Source: Narcine bancroftii
Taxonomy: Eukaryota
Reading direction: 5' to 3'
DNA length: 64,000 nucleotides
Assembly: GCF_036971445.1 (NCBI RefSeq)
Contig: NC_091478.1
Coordinates: 15,066,001 to 15,130,000, forward strand
Below are positions 11,926-24,098 of this stretch, in pieces (position 1 is the stretch's first letter; the number at the start of each line of letters is the position of its first letter). The notes below the pieces were generated by a model. It did not search any database. It saw only the letters and a program-made list of their open reading frames with translations, and was not told the origin of the DNA. The position numbers were made by a program, and so were the translations under genes.

Positions 11926-14900
11926 AAACTCTGGACAACGGGATCTATAGGATTTCAGGATGAGAGGCCGGCGGAGGTGGAAATTGAGTGGAAAAAAAAG
12001 GATCAACGTTGAAACAGAAGCACATATGGTTGGCAGCAGAAATAAAGGAGAAGGGAGGCGACAAAAAAGAATAAATTCTGGATTTTGTTAAAACGACGGA
12101 AGGATGATTTGGAGAATATAAAGAATCAGAAAACTGGTATGATTTTGTTCAATATATACTACATTCCCCTTAATGTGAGGGATACAGAAACCTGCAAAAG
12201 AAAACAGTGTGAAGCAAGGAGGGGAGCAAAACATATGGTCTGATCAAGACCCTATTGGCACCAGCAAAAGTAAACACCGTTTCATGAAGAGTAATGTGAC
12301 CTGGTTAGAGAGGATCTGTCCCCAAAACCAGTGGTGATCGTGGAAAGATACAAATTCTACCCCCGAAAGCAGAAAACAGGTGAAACGGTGGGCCAATATT
12401 TGCCGAATTGCTTAAGTTTATTGAGAAATGTAGTTTTGTAAGCTTTTTTGGACGAGGCATGAGAGATATGTTGATAATCAGTTTTGCTGACCATCATGCC
12501 CAAAAATGATTGTTGAGCTGTCAAAGTTTGGACATTAAGTCCACCTTTGAGATGGCATTGAGTTTCAAAATGGCTGATCGTAACATTGATGTTGTACAGG
12601 GGAACACATGGTGAAGAGAATGGACTGACGAGAATGCTGCCACTGTGGTAGGAATAACTTCAGCCCTGATAACTATTATCACAAAAGGGAAAAGGGCTAT
12701 TTATGTGACAAGGAGGGACGCATCAAGTTAGTGTCCAAGACAGAAAGAAAATAGAGAAAAAAGGTCTCAAAGGGAAGAAAAAACAGAAATTGATATAAAA
12801 AACAATCTTCCAATATAAAAAAAAAACCTCAGGGAAAATAGCAAAAGTTCCAGCAGTGAGCCAGACTACCAAAGCAACTCCGAGGATGGCAGAGCATTGG
12901 CAGTAAAGTATGTCCGTAGTGTAGTTGATCGCAGGTCAGAATTATTTTTTGTATTAAGGTGAACAATGAACTGGACCAGATGGAACTCGACACAGGGGTG
13001 GCTGTGTCATTAATGTCAAAAGATCTGAAAGACAAACTACTTGCCAAACTAGAAATGAAAAGGTCGCACATAGCGTTGAAGATAGTCACCCCAGAGACAA
13101 AGTCAAAGTGTTAGGGAAATGTAAAGTAGATGTCGAGAACAAGGGACAGGCAAAGAAAGGATTACCCCTTTACATTGTAGATACAAAAGGTCCTGCTTTG
13201 TTTGGAAAGGATTGGTTGTTTGCACATCGAAATGGATTGGAACAAACTTGTTGCGGTGAAGAATGCACAAACTGTGAGAGAAAATAAATCAAAGCTGAAG
13301 CAGGTGCTTCAGAGGTATCAGACAGTTTTTGAGAAGAACCTGGGAAAAATTCAGGGACCCCAGGTTAAATTGCAATTGGAACCAGAAGCCAAACCTAAGT
13401 TATTTAAAGAGCTCAACAGATTAGAAAACGATGAAATATTTGAGAATCTTCAGTACAGCAACTGGGCTGTTCCTATTGCGCCAGTCAGAAAACCCAATGG
13501 TGAAATTCGAATTTTTGTGCTCTACAATGCCACAATTAACCAAGTGCTACAAGTTCCCAGACATATCATTGCGAGAGCGGAGGAATTATTTCAAGCTCTG
13601 AATGGTGAGAAAAAAATTCACAAAATTGGATTTATCATAACCATATCAACAAGTCGAATAGGATCCCGAATCTCGGAATGTGGCTATCACCTTGGATTGT
13701 TCACTTACACCACATGGAATATCATTAGCTCCAGAGATATTTCAAGCTGTCATGGACAAACAATTGCAAGGACTAACTGTTGGATGTTATCGAGTTGACA
13801 TCATCATAATGGGTCAAGATGACACAGAGCACTCGACAAACCTGGAAAATATTTTAGCCAGGTGAGAACAGTGCTAAAGTCTGACTGCGTCAAGACAAGT
13901 GTATATTTATGGTACCCTCAGTAACATATTTGGGGTTTACAATTGACTGTGAAAGAGTCAGGATGGATACAGCTGGCACCAAAGCCATCCGCAAAGCACC
14001 TCACCCATCGAATAGAGCCGAGTTACAATCATTTTTAGGTTTGGTTAACCATTATCGAAAGCTCATCCGTAACATGTCAATGCTGTGCAACCTGCTGAAC
14101 CAATTGTTAAAATGAGATCAGAAATGGTGCTGGAATGCAGAAACCAACAAAGTTTTCAATCGTTTGAAGAAACGGCTGACGTCAAAGGCCAATGTTCTTC
14201 TTCATTATGACCCTTGCTATTGATGCTTCATCTGCTGGTTTAGGTGTGGTATTGTCACAAGTCACAGTAGAAGAACAACCAGCTGCATATTCTTCCCGTT
14301 CCTTGACGGTCTGTGAACAGAACTATGCACAACGAGCGAAGGAAGGACCGGTCACAATCTTCGGTCTGAAGCGATTCCACCAATACCTAGATGGTAGAAG
14401 ATTTACTTTAGTGACGGACAATAAACCACTGAGTGTGATTTTAGGCCCCAAGAAAGGTGTTCCTGCGTTAGCGACGGCGAGAATTCAAAGATGAGCGATG
14501 CAGCTCATAGCATATGATTATGATCTAAAGCCTTGTCCGGCAGACAAGAATGGCCATGCAGATGTGTTATCGTGCTTACCTCTGCCTGAGCCAGGACAGA
14601 TGGAAGAGAACATTAATTGGACGGTGGAAACCACAGCGCTCAACCAGGAACTACTTCACCACTTGCCTATCACAGCAAAGGCTAGAAGCAAAGAGGTACC
14701 AAAAGAGGCTACACTCCTGAAGATTTTATACTTCACCTTGAATGGGATTCCAGAAGCTGACAGTATTACCCATGAATTGAAAGCTTAATCACACGTGGTG
14801 AAATGAAATATCAATTGAACAGAGCTGCCTGTTGTGAGGAACGAGAACAATTACCTCCAAAAAAATCCAAGAGAGATACCCTCCAGTACATCTAAGAAAC

Positions 14901-15115
14901 TATGTGCAATGACTTTATTCAGTACATCTCAAATGTACTGAGGGCGGCAACTTGAGACTTTCCGACTTTGTACGTTTCCGTACAAAGTGGGATCTATAGT
15001 TTCCATGTTTAGAGGAAGATATAGCTAAATTCTATGTAGTGTCAGCAAGGTTAATTTTAACTTTATACTTATTTACCAGTAAGTAAAAAAAACCTCTTGT
15101 TTTGAGGATGAAGAG

Positions 15116-15261
15116 TCTACAGGAACGTGCATGCGCGCGTGACGTCAGGTGCATTGGGTGGGGGGGGGGGGGGAAGAGTTTAAGTTGGTGCCATCTTCGA
15201 ATAAAGACATGCCTACCGCATCTCTTGAGTGATTTTATTTTCAAAGGGAAAATACACAACA
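15116..15261 (+). repeat. 3' LTR of the Gypsy element
   Basis: Preceded by a purine tract GAGGATGAAGAG (PPT); contains AATAAA; ends CAACA followed by the TSD GATGC. Confidence 0.85.
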
Positions 15262-17343
15262 GATGCCCATTGACCTGCACCAACCACCTTCAGCAGAGGT
15301 GCAGCTCGTAAAGGCAGAGACCCAGGTTCAATCCTGGCCTCAATGTACTCCTTGGTATTGTATTGGTATCCGTCAGGAGAATATTTTCAATATCTCACAT
15401 ATTCCACGTTCACGTGGGCTGGTTGCTAAAATGGCTAATGTAAATTGCCATTGCTGTGTCGGTAATGGGGGAAGGTTGTGGTTGATAGGAACATGCAGAG
15501 AATAAAATGGGATCAGTGTAGGATTTAGTACAAAGGTAGGTGGTTCATAATTGCCACAGTCTTCGTGGACCAAATGTTCTGCTTTTATGTTGTATCACTC
15601 TTTAAATTCCCAGCTGGAGAATTATTTTTAATATATTAAGTGAGGGAGTTATCATCATTCAAGATGAAATTAAATGTGATAGGCTTGGTCCAGTACCAAG
15701 CTCTATTCGCTGCAGCATCAAAGAGGGTTAATACATAGCCATGCACGCACTGTGTATGTCACTGTTGAAGACAAGTCCAACAACAGCCAAGGTTAGCAAT
15801 TTGGTTCAGCACAAGAATGGGCAAGTTTTTCTTTTTACAAAAAATCACTGATAAGAGCTAATACAACTCTGGTCAGGAACAGTATTGTGTAGGCTGAGTA
15901 TTGTGTAACCAGGAGTGGCTTGCACAAGTCAAATAGAGTACAGCGATCGGAGGCTCACAGCAACAGAAGGCATCCTCTAAATAAGCAACATTGCAAATGA
16001 TACAAACAGACTGAGGACACTCTTGCATTGGGTTAACCTGTTCGATTGGCAGTTTCTCAAAACACAGGGACAATGTGATTAGTCAGAGTTCAGTGAGAAG
16101 GGTTTGATCGAGATGGTTTTAAATTAGCCTGTCATTTAATCCCAGGCATTTACAACCTCAAACTGGCTGAGAAAATGGTCAAGAAAAAGTAGTGCTCGAA
16201 CTGGAAAAAAAAACAAATCTTCCCTGACATCCCCTTCTAGCACAAGAACTAAGATTGGCAATGTCAATGATATTGAATTATTCAAGAGCCAATATCAGGG
16301 TCCATTTCCTGAACCCCATCATGAGTAATGTACTTTAATAATAAACTGGCTGAAGCAGAACATGGAGAATCAAAGGCTTATTGTTGCTGATATGGTAACT
16401 AAACATGAAACATGGTAAATACTGTGTACTGGCAGAGATCTGAAATGATGCCACAAGATTCTTGATTGTGCCTTCATCCTGCTGGTTAATAAAGCCAGTG
16501 TACAGAGGGATGAAGGAAACTTGTTGATTTGAAATTTGTTTTTCAATTTGTGAGTTGCAGTTTCTAATGGGGGGGGGTGCGGGGAAGTAAATTTGGGTTG
16601 TATTGGAAATAAATATGAAAAAAATGTCTATGGCTGCATTAGCCATCCTTCAGAGGGTCAAAGTTGCAATATTAGAAGTGGATTTAGGTGAAGACAAATC
16701 TGTTTTTAAAGCATCAATTGGCAAACAAGAGATTTAAGATTTCAATGGATTTGTTTTCTTGTGCCTCAGGTAATTCTGTTGATGAATTGTTAAGTTTTTT
16801 AGCTTTGACTTTCGTTTCTCTATCATTTGACTTGGTGAGTTCTAATTCTGCATAAAAAGCTCTTGAAACAGTCAATAATAAATCCTGACTGGTCTGATAT
16901 ATCCTTGTTATTTCATAACACAGAGGCATGCAGTTATGAAAGTGCGAGACTTGATCTACAGTCTGTAATTAATAAAGAACAAAGGGGGTTAAGGATTCAG
17001 GCGAGGTTAACCTGTGACTAATGGCAAATTTCTACCCTATAATCTTTTCAAATCCATTTCTGTAACCTCCAGATCAAATTGAATGGGGCGTGAATTCTGA
17101 TTGATGTGGATGCATCTTTGCAATGAGTGAAGTGAGGAGTAATCTCTGTGCAACTCACAGTCTAAAGAGTGCATGTATTATCAAGTCCCTGCGTCACCTT
17201 GTTTCATAAGTGATTCAATAATTTTAAGAAAATTAAAGTCAGAGATTGAAAAACTATTCCAAAGAATCTGTGTGGAGAAACGTAGACAGGACATAGAGAA
17301 AGAGCCTAGACTACAACACTGACCACTGTGGTTAAATTCCTAC

Positions 17344-17448
17344 CTGGAAGATGGAAGTGTTTAAGGGTGTGAACATAAGATGGTGTTAAAGGCCTGCTGT
17401 CTGGCCGCATAGGGAGAGGGGAGCTCCGACCACTGGATGGCTCATTGC
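17344..17448 (-). CDS. ABLIM1: ABLIM1 symmetric exon (GNEPSSGRSSPLPMRPDSRPLTPSYVHTLKHFHLP)
   Basis: CTTATTGGAG|GCAATGAG...CTTCCAG|GTAGGA; 105 nt, phase 1-1; matches human GNEPSSGRNSPLPYRPDSRPLTPTYAQAPKHFHVP; lies within ORF 17306..17569. Confidence 0.93.
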
Positions 17449-18612
17449 CTCCAATAAGAAGAGTAAAAGATAATGAGAATGGCAGAGATTTTGTTTTAAA
17501 TTTAACACAACAAAAATGGATTAGTAATAGACAAAAATCAATTAATAAGTTGCTTTGCAATTGACACAATGATGGGTTAGTTTACAAAAATTAATTCATA
17601 AGTAAAAACCCTCATTAAAGAATAAACAACATTTTGCTTGGAAACAAAGTTCAAACTATTCATTTAAATAACACCAAATACAAAATTTCAATACAAGTGA
17701 ATAATTTTGCAATAACACTAAAATATTTCAATTTTTAGTTAAAGCAATTTTGTGTAAAATTACTAATACATGAAACAACGGAATCTTGAATCTGTAGACT
17801 TAATTCCAGAAACCCAAAAGGCTAATTTCCTTTTTATGTACGTTATTTAATACATATCATAAATTACATCACAAAAATAGAAGCCTAATTATTAATCCCA
17901 ACTCTCATAAATATCAAAATGCTTCAAGTTGAAAGGGCTCGGAGATTATCAGTGCCTTTGTGCAAAATGTAAGATAATTAATCACCATTGTTCATTCCAC
18001 ATGAAACGTAGAACTTTTGAAGACATCAAAAGTAGCAACTAGAAAATGTTGGAAACACTTCAGCCAAACCGGCAGAGGAACTGATCCAGTGCCTTGGTTT
18101 GAAGACATTTTGTCAATTCAGCTGCCTAATCTGAAGGTTTTCAAGATTTTAAATTTCATTTTCATACTTCCAGCATTTTGATTTTGACACTAAGGGAACT
18201 GGCATTTGATTTACAATCATAAGTATGACAGGTTCAGCAAATAAAATTGGAATTTAAAAAAAATCACAAATCTGAGAGATACAGGATTTAGAGAAGATCA
18301 ACTCCATTATTTAAAGTATGACACCAGTTAAATTTCACTTGTTCTTCATTAAGTTGGTGTCAAGATCCTTCAGCAACTAACTCTCACCCTCAAAATGCTC
18401 CCGATAGGCTTTGACGGAGGCAAAAGTAGCAGTGGAGCTTTCTTACTTGCCTACATTGACTTGGAAATCCTCTAGGAGTGGGGAGGGGGACTCACTTTTG
18501 CTTCTCTTTCTCTGACTGTAAAAGGCCTTGGCCAATAGTGAATCTTTGTCTGTCGCGTGAGTGACTAAAGGAGATTTCATGTGACAATGATTCGTATCTG
18601 AAATATTTAGAT

Positions 18613-18975
18613 CAGTGGTTCTCAACCTTTTTCTTTCCACTCACAGATTCCCTATTCCATAGGCGCTCTGTGATTAGTAAGGGATTGCTTAAGGTGGTCT
18701 GTGAGTGGAAAGGGAAGGTTGAGAGTTACTGCTCTAGACCCAATTGTTACTGAAATATTTTGCTTGAGAAAAATTGTCATTGGTCCTTTTCCTTTGGAGT
18801 TCTGAAACCGGGCACATAATGAGTCAATTAGGTACGATTAAAACAGTGGTTTTCCAACTTTTTCTTTCCACCCACATACCACCTTAAGCAATCCCTTACG
18901 AATCATAGAGCACCTATGGCATAGGGATTACTTAAAGTGGGATGTGAGTGGAAAAAAAAAGGTTGAGAACCACTG
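18613..18975. mobile_element. hAT-Charlie MITE with dimeric structure
   Basis: TIR CAGTGGTTCTCAACCTTTTT / AAAAAGGTTGAGAACCACTG; flanks ATTTAGAT and GTTTAGAA (6/8 match, NTNTAGAN-like); internal TIR copies near 18715-18731 and 18844-18865. Confidence 0.85.
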
Positions 18976-20628
18976 GTTTAGAACATTCAATTATGATGTT
19001 TTTTTAATATGTTTATTCAAGGTGCCTATCATGTAAGAGTTAGTAAACAAAAATCAAATGGACTCAAAGTCACTTTAGGGATAATGACCCAAAACTAGGT
19101 TGAGGGTTTAAAAGGATGTTTAAGAAGAAGAAATTCAGGTACAGAGGCAGAAATTATTGTGAATGCATTGCAGAGACTAAAGTCAAAGGTACAAACTAGA
19201 ACTGGTAAAGCAATAAATTTTCAGGTTGTACAGAGGACTAGAACTGAATGTTACAGCCCTGGGGAAATAACACAGATAAGGATAAAGACTGGGGGCACCA
19301 TTAGAAAGCAAGGATTTTTTTTAAAACAGCAGAATTATTTCTGTAGGGCCACCCATTGAAATACACCAAGAACTTTTTTTTAAAAGCAATGAATGAACTG
19401 TGCAAATACACAGAATCATAAAATATTCATTATTCCTGTGTTTCTGGGGCACTGTAATAAAATACATGCTCCCTCTGTTCAACATGAATTGTGATTACAT
19501 GGCAAGTTGTGGAAGTTGTATCTTCATGGCCATAACATTTCACGTGACACATTTATTAGCAATCTTACCGAAAAAGACCCATCTCAACAGCTATCTGTAT
19601 CTACACCACGCAAAAACCACATAGGTGTACGATATTTTCTGGGCTTGCGTTACCACAATTTGAAAATGAAATAATAACTGTGACACACCTATGTAAAATG
19701 GAAGAGCTGCAAAAAAAAATTGAAAGGCAGACAAGTAAACAAGATTGCAAAATGCAATCACATTGGAAGCTCTCTGCTCTTGGGAAATGGAAGGGCAGCC
19801 TCTTCAAGGCCTCAGACGTATCCTGTGGAATGAGTTCTAAGATTATGGCGAAAGAATGGAGTAAATAATTCTCCTTTGTTTCCCCTCAACATAATTATAA
19901 TACTGAGTGTTTAAAAAAGAGCCTTATGGACAGCATGGGTAACTGGGGGCAATATCCTGCTTTGGAATGTCTCATACAAATATTAAGGGTTGCCCATTGA
20001 TGGCTTTGGACAGTAGAAATAAGCAGCTCATTATTGGCAATGTGAATAGAATCAAAATCCGACATTTGAAACATCCAAGTCAGAAGTCATTTATTTCTAT
20101 TTTGTATCTGAAAAGTATTGCAGTTACTGGGGTCAAATGAGGTCACTTGGTCAAACTGGAGTCAAACTCTACTGAATTAACACATATGCTACTGAACTCT
20201 ATGTTTTATAATGTATAACAATACAAAAATTCTGGGAGTCTTTAGATACCCATGTGTACAGTTCATCAGAATTGTTACCTGGCACCTGGTACACTCAACA
20301 AAATTCAGAATACTTAACGAAACTAATGCTAACTTCAACGGTTGTCCCATTCATTTCCTTCCATTTCACACAGCTGAATAATCAGATATATTTTTTCTTA
20401 ATATTTTCCACCTTAGAATAAAGAACCACAATGAAAAATGAATAAAATGTCCTCAAAGATCTATCACAGCAAAATATTTATGGGCAACATGCAATCGAAT
20501 TCAATCAAAACTGACCATGAAACACATCCTCGGCTCAAGAGTTATTCTTGAAATTCTCAATTTTACTTTACAACCTGCTAACTCAGAGGGCAACAACAAA
20601 TGTTGTTTTATTTGACAGTATGTAACAT

Positions 20629-21198
20629 CCTAGAACGCTTCCACCAGCGTTGTCTCTGCTCCATCCTCAACATTCATTGGAGCGACTTCATCCCCAACAT
20701 CGAAGTACTCAAGATGGCAGAGGCCGACAGCATCGAGTCCACGCTGCTGAAGATCCAGCTGCGCTGGGTGGGTCACGTCTCCAGAATGGAGGACCATCGC
20801 CTTCCCAAGATCGTGTTATATGGCGAGCTCTCCACTGGCCACCGTGACAGAGGTGCACCAAAGAAGAGGTACAAGGATTGCCTAAAGAAATCACTTGGTG
20901 CCTGCCCCATTGACCACTGCCAATGGGCTGATCTCGCCTCAAACCGTGCATCTTGGCGCCTCACAGTTCGGCGGGCAGCAACCTCCTTTGAAGAAGGCCG
21001 CAGAGCCCACCTCACTGACAAAAGACAAAGGAGGAAAAACCCAACACCCAACCCCAACCCACCAATTTTCCCTTGCAACCGCTGCAATTGTGTCTGCCTG
21101 TCCCGCATCGGACTTGTCAGCCACAAACGAGCCTGCAGCTGACGTGGACATTACCCCTCGTCCGCGAAGCCAAGCCAAAGAAAGAAAGAAAAAGAAGA
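20629..21198 (+). mobile_element. 5'-truncated RTE-clade LINE, young; C-terminal ORF fragment still open
   Basis: ORF 20600..21142 has LERFHQRCL..ILNIHW, QLRWVGHVSRMEDHRLPKIVLYGEL, PKKRYKDCLK and a terminal C2H-C zinc finger; (AAAG)n tail; 9-bp TSD ATGTAACAT at 20620-20628 and 21199-21207. Confidence 0.92.
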
Positions 21199-21438
21199 AT
21201 GTAACATATGCCTGTGTAAATTTTCACATGTATAGATTTAATCCACAGAGAGCACAAGCAATGAATGCAGAGACAGGCCTTCAGAATCAATATACATTCA
21301 ATATGCTCAAGAATGTGAACTAAGTCCATGACTATACTCTTTCCACACCCAGAACTGTATAGCCAAATACTTCTCCAACTCAATTATTCTAATTCACTGA
21401 CCACACTACAGTTACAGGTCAGGGTACAAATGATAATA

Positions 21439-22048
21439 GGCTCTTTAATGCAGTGAAAAAGCCCAAGCATGAAGGCAAAGATTCTCCACCCATTCATCTG
21501 GAGACCTACCTTCACGAATGTGCCGTGGCCGGCTCCAAAGCGCTGACTACAATCCCCCTCGGGGGAAGGGTCACTGGCGGAGCGCAGCACTCCGCCGCCT
21601 CACATGAATGTAATGCTGCTACAAGTGGCTGGCTAGGGGGCAGGTTGATGACTTCATCAGCCTGCGACCCATCTCCCCTCTCCTTCCACGTCCCTGCCAG
21701 GGTAGGGGAAGCCGGCAGGGGCTGTGACAGTCCTGCTGGCCGTTCCAGCACCTCACCGGACCTCTTCGGCCTTCGGAGCTGCTCGTCAGCGCTAGCGGCT
21801 CAAATTGTGGCAGAGCAACGTCCGCCTTCCCTACCCATAATGCCCCACGCAGCTGGAACCATTCTGACAGGCGGCACGATGGCACTAGTCACCTGCCACC
21901 ACTGGCTCAGAAGGGCACTAAGAGGTGCCACTCAACACGAATGCAACACAAGAGCAGCCTTTCAGGGCTGCTCCATGAAAGGTAAGTTTATATTTTTCCC
22001 TCTACACTTATAGCCGGCCTCCATGCAGATGCTTAGCATGAAAGAGCC
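21439..22048. mobile_element. PIF/Harbinger-like MITE with GC-rich interior
   Basis: TIR GGCTCTTTAATGC / GCATGAAAGAGCC (12/13 match); explains ORF 21453..22013. Confidence 0.6.
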
Positions 22049-23107
22049 TACTGAGTCTCTGGTCAGAAAGGAGGTTGAATGATTAGCGGCATGGCGCTAA
22101 AGTAATAATCTCCCTCAACATCATCAAGACAAATGAGATGATCATTAATTCCAGGAGAGGAAGAATAAATGTGGAAGCAGGAGTACAATAAAGGTTTGTC
22201 AGATTGATTCTCGAGATGGTGACTTTGTTCAGTCAGGAAAGTTTAAATACAATAGTTTCCTGAGTTTCCTGAATTCAAATGAGGCTCATGAAGGCAGACA
22301 CAGGGAGGGGTTCACTGGCTCAAGGGTCTAAAAATCAAGCATCAGTTTCAAATATGGTCTCAAAATATCAGATAAAAATGTATTCAGACACTCAGGGGAT
22401 AGTGAATCTTTGAATTCTCTGCCAAAAGGCCAACGGAGACTGATTTAAGCATGGAGTTATTCGTACAACAAATCGATTCAGATCATGGAAATTACTTCCG
22501 ACATTCAGAAGGAACTTCACTTATGATTCAGATTCTCTTTCAGCTGCCAATTAATAATAAAGTTGCCTTCCCTCACCAAATGCTACGAAGTAAATCAAGC
22601 TATGTCCTACTTTAAGATGCATTCTTCTGCATAATCTATCATGGTTCCCTATAATCTTTGACCATTATAGACCAAAGAATGATCTTGTCTGTGCCTTGAA
22701 TTTATTAATTCATTCAGGCTTTATTGCTATTTGGGGTAGAGAATTCCAAAGATCAAGATTTGAATTTTAAAGGCAATTAAGAGATATAGAGTTATTGTAG
22801 GAAATTGATACAAAAGCATAACCTTATTGAATAACAACATGGCCTAATGGCTTCCTCTGCTTTTATGTTCTTATACTTTTCTTCAGGTAATGGAATTCAA
22901 TATAGTATCATGTTGGAATTGATTCATGCAATAATTTTCTTCATGTCAGAGTTTTTAAATTTATTTCAACCGGTTAATGAGCATTCTTGGGGAAAGCACA
23001 TTAGGACCAATACACTTGATTTAAAAAAAAAATGTTGGTTTTCCAGGTCAGACTGGAAGTTAAATCTCCATTGCCCACCTTGCAGTTCTGGAGTAGATTT
23101 AATTTTT

Positions 23108-23245
23108 TGATTTTTAAATTTAAATATACAGCACGGTCATAGGACCTTTCAGCCCATGAGCCCGTGCCATCCAATTAACCTACAACATGCTTCAAATGGA
23201 GGAAACTGGAGCTCCCCGGGGAAAACCTGCGCAGACAAGGGGAAA
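23108..23245 (-). mobile_element. SINE 3' part, same family, inverted
   Basis: ATACAGCACGGT.A.AGG.CCTTTC.GCCCA and GGAGGAAACTGGAGC are the reverse complement of the SINE tail and core. Confidence 0.65.
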
Positions 23246-24098
23246 TTTAGGTTTTTGGAGGTTCAAATTTGAAAAGTTATTACTTTAGATACTTTAGATT
23301 AAAATTTTCTTGATACATTTTTACAGTCTTTATGCTCATTAAAGAAAAAAAAGCAAAATATACCTGCGATCGCAAAATTAAATATGAAAAATTGGCAGCT
23401 CAAGAAGTGTGGGAATTACAAAGGAAAACCATGTGGATGAATTTCTTCATGGCTTAAATTAACAATATGCAACACATTTTATACATATAAAGAAGATGAC
23501 AGCTTAAAAGATTTGAGCATGGCCTGCCTCAGTGCAATATACACCTGGATGAAGGGTACATAAACAACGCTGCATGGTTTGCTGAGTTTCTCCAGCATTT
23601 TTGTGTAAATTACAATCACAACTTCAGCAGACTTCCTTGCATAACTTAATTTCATATCAGCCACTAGTGTTGGATTTTAAGTTTGTTGGGAATTTGGAGA
23701 GAATAATAGGGAATTTGTAAGAATTCCCCATAATGGACCTTCGTCAAAAAAAGTCAATTGTTGTACTTAACTGCAAAGCATTGAAATATGAGCAATGGAT
23801 CAAGTAATTTTGTTAGTCTTTTGTCACAGCTATGTCAACGTGCAGTTGACATAATGCAATGTTAATTATAAATGTGTATAAAAGAAAATTTATCAAAGAG
23901 TACAGAAAATTGAATGTTTTTTTGCAGCAAATGTGATTGCAATTAGAGCCAATTATCCCCAAAAATCGCTTCTCTAATTATTTGGGCAATCACAGAATTG
24001 GTTCAATCTGTTGTAGATCGCATTATTGAGTGAGTGAATTAAAAATCTATTTCTGCTGAATGATTTACAAGCACAGGGAAATGTGGCAGCAGCCATGA

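Larger units (their letters stand above)
11763..15261 (+). mobile_element. Degenerate Ty3/Gypsy LTR retrotransposon (K02A2.6-like), integrase core deleted
   Basis: Two related LTRs of about 147 bp; 5-bp TSD GATGC (11758-11762 and 15262-15266); PBS; decayed Gag zinc knuckles near 12635-12735; protease MELDTG near 12980; RT (WAVPIAPVRKPNG, APEIFQAVMD, YRVDII for YLDD); RNase H (LAIDAS, EQNYAQ, FTLVTDNKPL, ARIQR); many stops and frameshifts. Confidence 0.93.

Noticed and set aside
13202-14788. Possible domesticated retroviral-like gene
   Set aside because: Multiple stops and frameshifts and a destroyed YLDD motif indicate neutral decay.
21453-22013. 186-aa ORF
   Set aside because: It lies inside a GC-rich TIR-bounded element, has no recognisable domain, and overlapping ORFs on both strands fit a GC artefact.
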